64,000 bases of DNA from a virus (taxonomy: Duplodnaviria > Caudoviricetes), in the IMG/VR virus record IMGVR_UViG_3300045391_002348, positions 1-64,000 of that record; one strand, given 5' to 3'. How positions within the stretch are numbered: the first letter of the stretch is position 1; each line of letters starts with the position of its first letter. Of the stretch, positions 26,935 to 35,766 are shown in pieces. Both the position numbers and the translations under genes were made by a program. Under the pieces are notes generated by a model that made no database searches, was not told where the DNA came from, and saw only the letters and a list, made by a program, of their open reading frames with translations.

Positions 26935-29373
26935 ATGGAACACAAGGTCATATTCCGTGACAACCAGGAGCTGCAAGGCGGTGACCTGAATAACCAGCAG
27001 GACTTCGCCCAGTCTGCGATTGATCACGTCGTCCTCGACACTATCGAGCCGGGTAAGGCCTACTCTGGTTTCGCTCTCACGAAGGGATCGGCAACTACGG
27101 TTCAGGTCGCTCCCGGCCGCCTCTACTCGGCCGGTGAGGTGTTCGCCCGGGACGAGCTCGTGACTCTGGACCTCTACAACGACCTCCCTGTCACCACGAA
27201 GCGCCAGTTCGCCATCGTCTGCTGGGGCCAGGAAGTAAGTGAGGACATCCAGCCCAGGAACTTCGTAACTGATGCAAAGACAGGAGCGGCCGAGCCTCAG
27301 TCCGTAGCGATGGAAACGACTCGGTATTGCAATGTAAATTATGTGAGAGGGATCGAGAGCGCTGACCCGCAGTTTCCGACTATCGACGCGAACGTCCTTC
27401 TAATCGGTTACGTCCTCTGCGATCCTACAGGTATTCTGACGATCCAGCAGTCAACTGCAACTCAGGTCCCAAACCTGGCCCACGTAGCGGACGAGGTAGG
27501 GGACCTTCAGACCTGGCAGCAGCAGATCAGCGGTGCCATCGACACCCTCCGGACCGACCTTGCAAATATTGCGAGGCGGTTCGATAACTACGTCACGACG
27601 ACGACCTTCCAGAGGCTCGTAGACCTCGTAAATATTATTTACAACAAGGTGTTCTCGCCAGGCACCTACATCTTCTATGGCAATGACAACTTCCTGGACG
27701 AGACGCAGTCCGCTGTTGGAACGACAGTTGACGGTGCCTACTCAGCCACGGTCCGAGAGGGCCTCAGGTTCCCGGGAGGCGGTGCCGGCTCGACGGGGGT
27801 TCTAGAACTCCTGAATGCAAATGAGCCCGCGATCCAGGCGTATGACACCTTCATACTTCCTAAGCCGTCAGGATCGAGGGTCCGCGTTGATTGCTCGTTC
27901 CCCGACTATACCTGGGTGCTGGAGCGCATCCTGGCAAGCGCCTACTGGGCCTCATTCACGTTCCGCCACCTAACCTGGACGCGCCATCGACACCGGTGCG
28001 GTCCTCACTTCCTCCCCTCTCCCTCGTCGACCATCTGGTGGTATAACTCGGCCAACGATCCCGTCGAGGCGAACCTCTCGATCGACGGAGAGAGTTGGAC
28101 GACAGTCCCGTGGTCGACTACAATTGTCCACGACGATCACCCGGACTTTCCGCGGTTTGATAGCAAACGTTTCAAGTTCTTCTGGCACGACTTCTGCACG
28201 CGACATCACTGGGCGAAGAACTACACGAACTATAGCCACGGAGCTAACATCCATGGTCAGTCGTTCTTGAACTCCCAGGACGGTTGGTTGGAGAGCATCA
28301 CGGTGTTCTCGCACAAGACAGACTACTTCCAGCCTCTAACGATCCTCATCGTAGAGTGCGACGACCACGGAGCCCCGGATATGTCCCGCGGTATCCGTCG
28401 CGTCGTACTAGACGCTGACGGGGTGGAGGCTGCGTATGCCGCCCCTGTCGTACAGGGCGACGTCCTCTCGATCAACAACATCGTGTATCAGTGGGATGGT
28501 AGCTCATACGACGTCCGTATCCCCCGGAACGTGAAGCCCCTCCGGCTCCGCTTCCCCCCTGTGTTCCTGAAGGCCGGTCAGGTCTATTCATTCCTGCTCC
28601 TCTCGACCTATGACCATCAGTTCTCGGTCAGTGATCGAAACGAGGCCTTCCACGTTCATCAGGGGTACTTCTGGTCGTTTGATGGAGTGGGTCGTCTCGT
28701 CAAGTGGACATCTACCGTCAAGTCTCTGAGATTTCGGGCGCACTTTTGTACTTGGGGGCTGTACGGCCAAAACCCAAATACGAACGGTCAGGTCAATTAT
28801 GCGATCGATCTCCAGCCGCTCCAGCTCTCTGGCGGCATCGGGTCCATCGACGTCCTGGCCGACACGATCATCCCTCCGGCGACCGACCTCAGCTATCAAA
28901 TACAAATCTCAGGGGTGTGGGTCCCGTTCGCTGGCGATCCGGACACCCCGTCCCTGGCTCTGAACCCGGCCCTTCTTCCGTTCCGGGTCGTGTTCTCTGG
29001 GACGACAGACCTTATGCCAGGTCTATCGCTTACAAATAGTCAGGTAAAGTTGGAAAGGGCAATGGCGACGGCCTTCCACCACATCTCGACTACGATCACC
29101 CTAGGAACCCCCACGAACTCGATCAAGGTCATCGTGAAAATGTTGAACTTCGTCGAGGCCCACCACGATTGTACAATCACTCTCCACTACGCCGGACCAA
29201 CGCACAAGAGTGCGGATGTTGTCGCTGACGTAACACTAGACGACGATACAATCCAGAGGACCGCGACCTTCAACGTATCCTCGGTCTCCAGTTTTCAGGT
29301 AGAGATCGATGGAGCAACCGACGGGGTCGGAGACAACTTCGTCGTCGCCCAGGCCATAAGGTACGCGACCTGA
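26935..29373 (+). CDS. Large baseplate/tail structural protein
   Basis: 812 aa after gpI; beta-rich; family uncertain (DUF4815-like). Confidence 0.55.
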   Translation: MEHKVIFRDNQELQGGDLNNQQDFAQSAIDHVVLDTIEPGKAYSGFALTKGSATTVQVAPGRLYSAGEVFARDELVTLDLYNDLPVTTKRQFAIVCWGQEVSEDIQPRNFVTDAKTGAAEPQSVAMETTRYCNVNYVRGIESADPQFPTIDANVLLIGYVLCDPTGILTIQQSTATQVPNLAHVADEVGDLQTWQQQISGAIDTLRTDLANIARRFDNYVTTTTFQRLVDLVNIIYNKVFSPGTYIFYGNDNFLDETQSAVGTTVDGAYSATVREGLRFPGGGAGSTGVLELLNANEPAIQAYDTFILPKPSGSRVRVDCSFPDYTWVLERILASAYWASFTFRHLTWTRHRHRCGPHFLPSPSSTIWWYNSANDPVEANLSIDGESWTTVPWSTTIVHDDHPDFPRFDSKRFKFFWHDFCTRHHWAKNYTNYSHGANIHGQSFLNSQDGWLESITVFSHKTDYFQPLTILIVECDDHGAPDMSRGIRRVVLDADGVEAAYAAPVVQGDVLSINNIVYQWDGSSYDVRIPRNVKPLRLRFPPVFLKAGQVYSFLLLSTYDHQFSVSDRNEAFHVHQGYFWSFDGVGRLVKWTSTVKSLRFRAHFCTWGLYGQNPNTNGQVNYAIDLQPLQLSGGIGSIDVLADTIIPPATDLSYQIQISGVWVPFAGDPDTPSLALNPALLPFRVVFSGTTDLMPGLSLTNSQVKLERAMATAFHHISTTITLGTPTNSIKVIVKMLNFVEAHHDCTITLHYAGPTHKSADVVADVTLDDDTIQRTATFNVSSVSSFQVEIDGATDGVGDNFVVAQAIRYAT

Positions 29374-29395
29374 TTTGATTGAGGAGACCTAGACT

Positions 29396-29812
29396 ATGTA
29401 TACAGGAAGCAGCCCGTTCGATGGCCTCACGATATTTCAGATAAAGGCCATCGAGAGCGGGGCCAGGATGGCAGACCCGCCCTATCACGACGGAGTCTGG
29501 CGCCTCGTGAGGGACCAGTGCACCGGGGACGGTCCGTGGACAGATCGCGTGGTCGGAATCGCCATTGCTACCGCCCTATCCTCCATCGGAGTCGAGGACC
29601 CGCCACTAGGTACAGGACGGCTGTCCTTCGAGTTCACTGTCGGATTCCCAGCAGGGGTCGGAAGGTTAGTCGGGTCTCTGGTCCAGTTTCATCGACCAAC
29701 TCTCCTACTCGAAGGAGTAGGAGCTATGCTCGTTCTAGCTATTGCCAAGCTCAAAGTAGGTTCGAGCATACCGGGAGCAGGCTCTCTCGTCTGCGATGCT
29801 ATCAAACAGTGA
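29396..29812 (+). CDS. Hypothetical protein
   Basis: GAGGAG RBS. Confidence 0.55.
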   Translation: MYTGSSPFDGLTIFQIKAIESGARMADPPYHDGVWRLVRDQCTGDGPWTDRVVGIAIATALSSIGVEDPPLGTGRLSFEFTVGFPAGVGRLVGSLVQFHRPTLLLEGVGAMLVLAIAKLKVGSSIPGAGSLVCDAIKQ

Positions 29813-29820
29813 GGTAACAG

Positions 29821-30015
29821 ATGGACGATCCGCTATACTATAAAGTTACGATGAAGGCCATGTTCGTGGATCACAACGAGGTTTTCAGGCCCGGGGTGAC
29901 CTATAGAGTGACGAAGGCCATCTACGACGGGGCGGTCTCCGGAGCAGGTCCTTATGAGGGAAAGATATTCTCCACGCTCTGCGCAACAGCCGAGCCGGTA
30001 TATCCGAGGCAGTAA
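29821..30015 (+). CDS. Hypothetical protein (64 aa)
   Basis: GAGGT RBS; tail cluster. Confidence 0.55.
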   Translation: MDDPLYYKVTMKAMFVDHNEVFRPGVTYRVTKAIYDGAVSGAGPYEGKIFSTLCATAEPVYPRQ

Positions 30016-30018
30016 TAG

Positions 30019-31377
30019 ATGCTCAATATCAGCTACCAGACCGACCTGGCTGTCAAGAGCCAGAGGACTGTACTCGACCAGAGCTTCTTTAACAAGAGGT
30101 TCTTGGCGCTGTACTCTGCTCTGCTAGGGATGGACACTCGCATCAGCTCGTTCGAAGTGACCCAGTCCTCCCTCATCCAGCTGGGTCTGGAGCGGATAAA
30201 CACGGTACTCGGTCCTCTCCTTACCTCACTTGAGACAGCCCAGCAACTGGGCTTCCTCGTTGGACAGGCTGCGGGAGTCCCACACTCTCTCGTCGAGGGG
30301 GAGGCCGAGGGGTTCGTGATTACGACTGGAGCAGCGCTGTTCACCCCCACGACCTATCTCCTCGCGGAAGATGATACAGATGTCACGAACTGGGGCATAT
30401 TGAAGTTAGACGAGGGTGGTTGGACCCGAGAGACCGGGGACCTCGCTACACACTGCGTCTATGCGAGCCAGACGAAGTCATCGTCGTCTTGGACTATCTC
30501 AGCCAGCGGCGCTGTTCTTCCGGCAATGCAGGACCTTCTCGTTCAGGCAGTAGCTGCCAAGGATGCAGCCGAGGCCGCCGAGAGTACAGTATCATCAGAC
30601 ATCGCCACCTTGACGGCTCTCATCGCAGCCATCGAGGCCGGTCCGGTGAACTCAGTCGCGGGAAAGACCGGTGCGGTTGTCCTAGCAATCGCAGATATAG
30701 TAGGACTAACTGACGCTCTAGCTGCCAAGGCCTCGATCACCTCTCTCAACTCAGGTCTGGCCGGGAAGCAGAATTCGTCAGCAAAGCTCACGTCTCTGGC
30801 CGGCCTCACTTGGGCGACTGACAAACTCTTGTACTTCAGCGATGCTTCTACAGCTAATACAGCGGACTTTACAGCATTTGCCAGGACGCTGGTCGCGTGC
30901 ACAACGGCCGCTTTAACCCGGACTGCTCTAGGTCTGGGTGCTCTAGCCGTAAAGACCACAGCTCTGTTTGCTGATATAGACACGGCCGCCGTAGCAACAG
31001 CTGCAGAGTTTAGGTCAGGGACCGCCTCGAAGCTGCTAGCTGGTGCGAATGTCTGGGCCGGAGCTGCGTACGTCATCCTAGCCGACACGGCTCCGATAGC
31101 CCTGGACCTCTCGACTGGTATCAATTTCACTGTCTCTCCGGCTGAGAGCCGACAGATCTCCTTCCCTACGAACCCGAAGCCGGGCCAGAGTGGTTACATC
31201 GACTTCGTTCAACCAGCAGGAGGGGCCGCGGTCCTAACATTCGCGGCTGGCTACACTTTCCCTGGGGGCGTAGCTCCCGTCGTCGACCCCACTCCCTCGC
31301 GGGTTAGTTCACTGTTCTACCACGTGAGGTCTACCAGCGAGGTGAGGGTCTCCATGGCATTCAAAGGTGTTCGATGA
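30019..31377 (+). CDS. Tail fibre protein
   Basis: SVAGKTGAVVL repeat; C-terminal NPKPGQSG...Q...GG...TF...FPGG..P domain typical of fibre C-termini. Confidence 0.75.
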   Translation: MLNISYQTDLAVKSQRTVLDQSFFNKRFLALYSALLGMDTRISSFEVTQSSLIQLGLERINTVLGPLLTSLETAQQLGFLVGQAAGVPHSLVEGEAEGFVITTGAALFTPTTYLLAEDDTDVTNWGILKLDEGGWTRETGDLATHCVYASQTKSSSSWTISASGAVLPAMQDLLVQAVAAKDAAEAAESTVSSDIATLTALIAAIEAGPVNSVAGKTGAVVLAIADIVGLTDALAAKASITSLNSGLAGKQNSSAKLTSLAGLTWATDKLLYFSDASTANTADFTAFARTLVACTTAALTRTALGLGALAVKTTALFADIDTAAVATAAEFRSGTASKLLAGANVWAGAAYVILADTAPIALDLSTGINFTVSPAESRQISFPTNPKPGQSGYIDFVQPAGGAAVLTFAAGYTFPGGVAPVVDPTPSRVSSLFYHVRSTSEVRVSMAFKGVR

Positions 31378-32039
31378 TCCCTGGTATCTCCGGGATGGGA
31401 TCGGGTAAGCGAACCCCTGAGGTATCTCTTACTGCTCATCCGAATACTACCACGTCGCAGACGACGGTCACCTTCGCCCTCCAATCAATAGGAGCAGCTG
31501 ATCCTGAGAGGGTGGTTGTCATCGGTATCGTCGCCCGGAATGGAGCAGCTGCGTCGGCTCTGGATATCTCCTCCGTCACTGTCGGGGGAGTAGTTGCAAC
31601 ACGAACCTACTTCTCGGGTATTGGAGCGACTGACGGAGACAGTCGGTATGTGACATCTTTCTACATAGCAGCCGTCCCGTCCGGGACGACTGCCGATATT
31701 GTTATAATCTTCTCGGCCTCCTCCCACGAGACGGCCGTCGGAGTCTGGCGTACTATAGGGTTCGATGGTTTATATAGTGGGCAGACCGCCGACCTAAACC
31801 CGCTCACTCTCACCATACCGGCCATCCCGCCGGATGCTCTAGTTCTGTCTATTGCGGGGGTGATGAACCCGACAGGGGGGTTTACGTGGACGGGTCTTAG
31901 CGAGGCCTTCGATGACTCGACAGGTAATCGGTGCTCGGGAGCACAGTTTCTTGGCTATGACGGGGATACGAACCTCGTCGTCGGGGCGAGCATCATACAC
32001 TCTGGCGTCGGCAAGATGGCCGCGATAGTCCTGACCTGA
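31374..32039 (+). CDS. Fibre-associated/receptor-binding beta protein
   Basis: ATGA coupling; MIPG start; beta-sandwich-like. Confidence 0.55.
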   Translation: MIPGISGMGSGKRTPEVSLTAHPNTTTSQTTVTFALQSIGAADPERVVVIGIVARNGAAASALDISSVTVGGVVATRTYFSGIGATDGDSRYVTSFYIAAVPSGTTADIVIIFSASSHETAVGVWRTIGFDGLYSGQTADLNPLTLTIPAIPPDALVLSIAGVMNPTGGFTWTGLSEAFDDSTGNRCSGAQFLGYDGDTNLVVGASIIHSGVGKMAAIVLT

Positions 32040-32051
32040 TAGGGAGCTACT

Positions 32052-32270
32052 ATGACTTTAATTACAAACAGTCAGAATATCCGGATCGACGATATAACCG
32101 AGATAACGATCTCGGACATCGTCGCCGATGAAGACAGCGGAGGGTATGTTCGGAAAGTAAACTTCTTCACAGAGCCCCTCAATCAAGCAAATAGAACGCC
32201 GGTCCTGGTCGTGATGGTATACGGACCCCAGTTGAACCTGGAAGTCCAGACACCGACGTTGAAGTTCTAA
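32052..32270 (+). CDS. Hypothetical protein (72 aa)
   Basis: GGGAG RBS. Confidence 0.55.
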   Translation: MTLITNSQNIRIDDITEITISDIVADEDSGGYVRKVNFFTEPLNQANRTPVLVVMVYGPQLNLEVQTPTLKF

Positions 32271-32284
32271 CAAAGGAGCGTGCA

Positions 32285-34174
32285 ATGACTTCGCCTACCT
32301 TCGGCCTAGAGTTTATCAAAGTCAACGACCAACCGCAGCCGGTCGTTGGCGCCAACATGGATGTGATCGGTCTTGTCGGTCCCTGCTCTACGGCGGACGT
32401 AGACCGTTTTCCACTCAACACTCCCGTGCTCGTCTACTCGAACGATACGACTCTGGGAAGGGACCTGGGGTCTGACGGCTACCTCCGAGACGCGATCGAG
32501 GCCATCAACACCCAGCTCGCTGACTTCGAGGTAGCAGCCCAGATCGTGATTGTTAGAACTCCGTACGGTACCAGCGGCGACTCAGCCCTGCGGCTCCAGC
32601 AGACGATCGCTAGGATCATGGGTCAGTCCACTGTGGGCTCCGGTATCTGGGCTCTCCTGAAGGCCCCGAACACATTGTTCTGCACTCCTCGCATCATCGT
32701 CTGTCCAGGATACACAGGCCAGATGGCGACTAGCCTGGACACGATCGACATCGATGATATCGGTATCGGTTACATTCCAGGGCAGGAGTACACAATCACC
32801 TTCGAGCCCGGGAACGCCGAGACGAACGGGGCGAACCTCGTCCTCCCGACCGCTCACGCAATCGCCGACTCCCAGGGGTATATCCGTCAGACCGACATCT
32901 TCATTGATAGCTATGGCGCTTGGATGACTGATGAGCCGATAGCGACCCTCCCGGCGCATGACGGCGACCCTATCACCGCTCTCCAGGCCTCGGGCTCGAT
33001 CATCTTCTCACAGCAGCCCGGTGTCGGGGCTACGATCACATTGAACGGTTCGGCCGTCTCCTTCGTTTCCAGCGGGGCCAGCGGCCTCCAAGTAAACATC
33101 GGAGTGAACCTGGCGGCCACGATCGACAACCTCGTAACTGTTCTAAACGAGTCATCAGACACGGAGGTCAGCAAGTGCACCTACGCCACATTCGGCGGCA
33201 CTGTCACGATCACGGACGACACCGCCGGAGTCGCGGGGAACGATTACACTCTCGCCACGACGGTAGCCGGGGCCTCAGTGTCCAATACTACATTAACCGG
33301 AGGAAGGGATGCCGACGCATCTCAGACAGCCACTCTGACAACTACGATCGCCCTTGGAGCGAACCCGGTCGTCGCTGAACTTACACCGGTCCTTAACCAG
33401 CTCATCGCGCACGCTATCGTAGAGAGTGCAGGAACCTCTCAGGTGAACGACGAGCAGTGGCGCTCTACGATGAACAGCCAACGATTGATCCCTCTCTCGG
33501 GTGGGATCAAGGTAATCGATCCGGATAGCGGAGCGGTCATAGTTCGACCTCTAGCTCCCAGGGTTGCCGGCATCCTGGTTGCCAGGGATCACTCAACGGG
33601 ATACCCATTCCATTCGGCGGCAAACCAGCCCATCCAGGGAGTCGTAGCCCCGGCCAGAACGATCGGGTTCTCCCTCACTGACGGAGCTACCGAGGGGCAG
33701 GTCCTCCTGGCAGCGAACCTCGGTATCGTGGTCCGAGGCCTGGTCGGTGTCGAGACAGCCATATCGTCCGGTGGCTTCATCTTCATCGGTACAGACAACG
33801 CCGGAGACGACGAGCTCTGGAGGATGTACAACGTGACCCGGGGTCGAGACTACATCCACTTGTCTCTGATGCCGGCACTCCGGACCTACCTGGGTCGGAC
33901 GAATATCACGAAGCACACCGTCATCAGCATCCTCACCACCATATCTGACTTCCTCGGGACGCTGAAGGCCCGGGAGAACATAATCGACTTCCGGGTGAAG
34001 TTCGACGGCAGCCTGAACACGGCGGACCAGATCAGGCTCGGCCGTCTCACCGTCGGCTTCCAGGCGGAGGAGCCGCCGGTCCTTAAGAGGATCACGACTA
34101 TGTCGGCTCGCTACCGTCCAGCAATCGACGCAATGGTCTCCCAGCTGGAGCAGCAACTAAACGTAGCCGCATGA
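32285..34174 (+). CDS. Tail sheath protein
   Basis: P2 FI-like: PRIIVCPGY, HSAANQPIQGV, RMYNVTRGRDYI; internal insertion. Confidence 0.92.
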   Translation: MTSPTFGLEFIKVNDQPQPVVGANMDVIGLVGPCSTADVDRFPLNTPVLVYSNDTTLGRDLGSDGYLRDAIEAINTQLADFEVAAQIVIVRTPYGTSGDSALRLQQTIARIMGQSTVGSGIWALLKAPNTLFCTPRIIVCPGYTGQMATSLDTIDIDDIGIGYIPGQEYTITFEPGNAETNGANLVLPTAHAIADSQGYIRQTDIFIDSYGAWMTDEPIATLPAHDGDPITALQASGSIIFSQQPGVGATITLNGSAVSFVSSGASGLQVNIGVNLAATIDNLVTVLNESSDTEVSKCTYATFGGTVTITDDTAGVAGNDYTLATTVAGASVSNTTLTGGRDADASQTATLTTTIALGANPVVAELTPVLNQLIAHAIVESAGTSQVNDEQWRSTMNSQRLIPLSGGIKVIDPDSGAVIVRPLAPRVAGILVARDHSTGYPFHSAANQPIQGVVAPARTIGFSLTDGATEGQVLLAANLGIVVRGLVGVETAISSGGFIFIGTDNAGDDELWRMYNVTRGRDYIHLSLMPALRTYLGRTNITKHTVISILTTISDFLGTLKARENIIDFRVKFDGSLNTADQIRLGRLTVGFQAEEPPVLKRITTMSARYRPAIDAMVSQLEQQLNVAA

Positions 34175-34356
34175 CGGATCGACGCCGGTTAGCCGGGTGG
34201 TACTTCAGGAACAGCTGCACGCATGCTCACTGTCCTCGTGACTGTGAGCATCCGCAGCCGTTCCTGGACGGAGACGACGAACTAATCTGCGGCCGCTGCT
34301 ACTTCGTACTGGGCGAGAGGACCCGGATGGTCCCCTGCACCCCCCGAAGTATGTGA
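34171..34356 (+). CDS. Small Cys/His-rich protein
   Basis: CTHAHCPRDCEH...CGRC; ATGA overlap with the sheath stop. Confidence 0.5.
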   Translation: MTDRRRLAGWYFRNSCTHAHCPRDCEHPQPFLDGDDELICGRCYFVLGERTRMVPCTPRSM

Positions 34357-34372
34357 CTAGGAGGACAAAGAG

Positions 34373-34468
34373 GTGAAGCACGATCTTATAAACTTAGCAT
34401 TTGCTATCACTGTTCTTATCGGATTTGCTCTGTTCGCCTTCTGGCGAGCGACGAGAAGGTCCGATTAG
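34373..34468 (+). CDS. Small membrane peptide (31 aa)
   Basis: GTG after GAGG; LAFAITVLIGFALFAFW. Confidence 0.45.
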   Translation: MKHDLINLAFAITVLIGFALFAFWRATRRSD

Positions 34469-34470
34469 AT

Positions 34471-34689
34471 ATGAGGTGCACGTACTGCGGTAGTAAGACC
34501 CACACTGAGAAGCTCTGCCCCAAGACCCAATCAGGTTCTTCGGCTAGAGCTCATCTCCGATGCTCATACTGCGGCGGGAGAGATCACGACGTTCATGCCT
34601 GCCCCAAGACCCACGGTGGGAACGCTATCAGGAGAAACTATCCGGACCTGGTGGCTGACCACTTCGTCCTAGACAAGAGGAGACGATAG
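34471..34689 (+). CDS. Twin CCHC zinc-knuckle protein
   Basis: CTYCGSKTHTEKLC and CSYCGGRDHDVHAC, both exact CX2CX4HX4C. Confidence 0.75.
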   Translation: MRCTYCGSKTHTEKLCPKTQSGSSARAHLRCSYCGGRDHDVHACPKTHGGNAIRRNYPDLVADHFVLDKRRR

Positions 34690-35289
34690 ATGCCTAACAC
34701 CTTGCTCACGATGGAGAGCGCTAACCTGTACTGCGGGAAGTCCTCGAAGGACCAGGGAGCCTCGAACCATCTGACTCTGACTGAGATACAGCTGCCCATG
34801 CTTGAGGAGCAGTATGTCGAGCACCGAGCCGGCGGCGCTCCCGTCGCGATCGAGATCGACACGGTGGTCGGACGCCTGGAGGCGACCTTCGCCGTCATCG
34901 GTTGGACACCTCAGATATCCCAGCTATTTCACAGTTGGGCGACCGACGATAACTACTTCACGATGTACGGTGTCGTCCGCGATCGAGTGAGCGGCGACGC
35001 TCAGCAGGCCGTATCCCTGATGAAGGGAAGATTAGCGAGGTCAGCTCCAACCAACTGGCGCCGTGGTGACGTCCTAAATTGGAACTACTCGATCAAGGGT
35101 ATCACCCACTACGAGCTCGCGCTCTCTGGTGCTGGCCTGATCTACTTCTGGGACTTCTTCACGAACACCCTTCAGGTCGGAGGAAGCGACAGGAACGCAA
35201 ACACGAACTCGCTCCTCGCAACCGGGGCCGTTCACGTCAGTCCCTTGATCGCGATCCCGCAGGGAATGCCGCCGACCGGCGGAGCATAA
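34690..35289 (+). CDS. Tail tube protein (P2 FII-like)
   Basis: LTEIQLPML...HRAGG...LEATF...YYELAL-like pattern; follows sheath. Confidence 0.85.
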   Translation: MPNTLLTMESANLYCGKSSKDQGASNHLTLTEIQLPMLEEQYVEHRAGGAPVAIEIDTVVGRLEATFAVIGWTPQISQLFHSWATDDNYFTMYGVVRDRVSGDAQQAVSLMKGRLARSAPTNWRRGDVLNWNYSIKGITHYELALSGAGLIYFWDFFTNTLQVGGSDRNANTNSLLATGAVHVSPLIAIPQGMPPTGGA

Positions 35290-35292
35290 TAG

Positions 35293-35763
35293 ATGCCGTC
35301 GGACGTTCTTAACCGCGACGGCAGCTGGCGGGTCTACCTCAACCACCCCCTCGCCGGTCCGAAGGGCGAGGTGGAGTACATCGAGATCACACCGCCCAAC
35401 TTCTCCCACGCGATCCGGTGGGGAGAGGAGAGCATCCCCTCGACGCTCGCCCTCCTCTCTGAACTATCAGGGCAGTCCGAGAGCCTCCTCCGCCAGCTGA
35501 AATATCCGGACGTGGAACGAGTGATGCTCGCCTTCATGAACATCCTCCCCTCTGTTATTCGGAAGGACTTCGAGAAGGGCGGCCGCCCTCTCTCGACCCC
35601 CAGGGAAGAGCTGAAGGACTTGGGAGCTGATCAGGTAGACCCGCGGTTTCCGCAGCACGAGGGGCCTCTGCAGCGCTTCCAGCAGCCGCCCCAGGTGAAG
35701 GTCCCTGGCGAGGAGGGAGGGATCGCTGACCTGATGCCGGACGCTTTCAAGAAGGTGGGCTAG
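35293..35763 (+). CDS. Tail assembly chaperone
   Basis: Between tube and tape measure; LLSELSG...LKYPD. Confidence 0.65.
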   Translation: MPSDVLNRDGSWRVYLNHPLAGPKGEVEYIEITPPNFSHAIRWGEESIPSTLALLSELSGQSESLLRQLKYPDVERVMLAFMNILPSVIRKDFEKGGRPLSTPREELKDLGADQVDPRFPQHEGPLQRFQQPPQVKVPGEEGGIADLMPDAFKKVG

Positions 35764-35766
35764 TCA

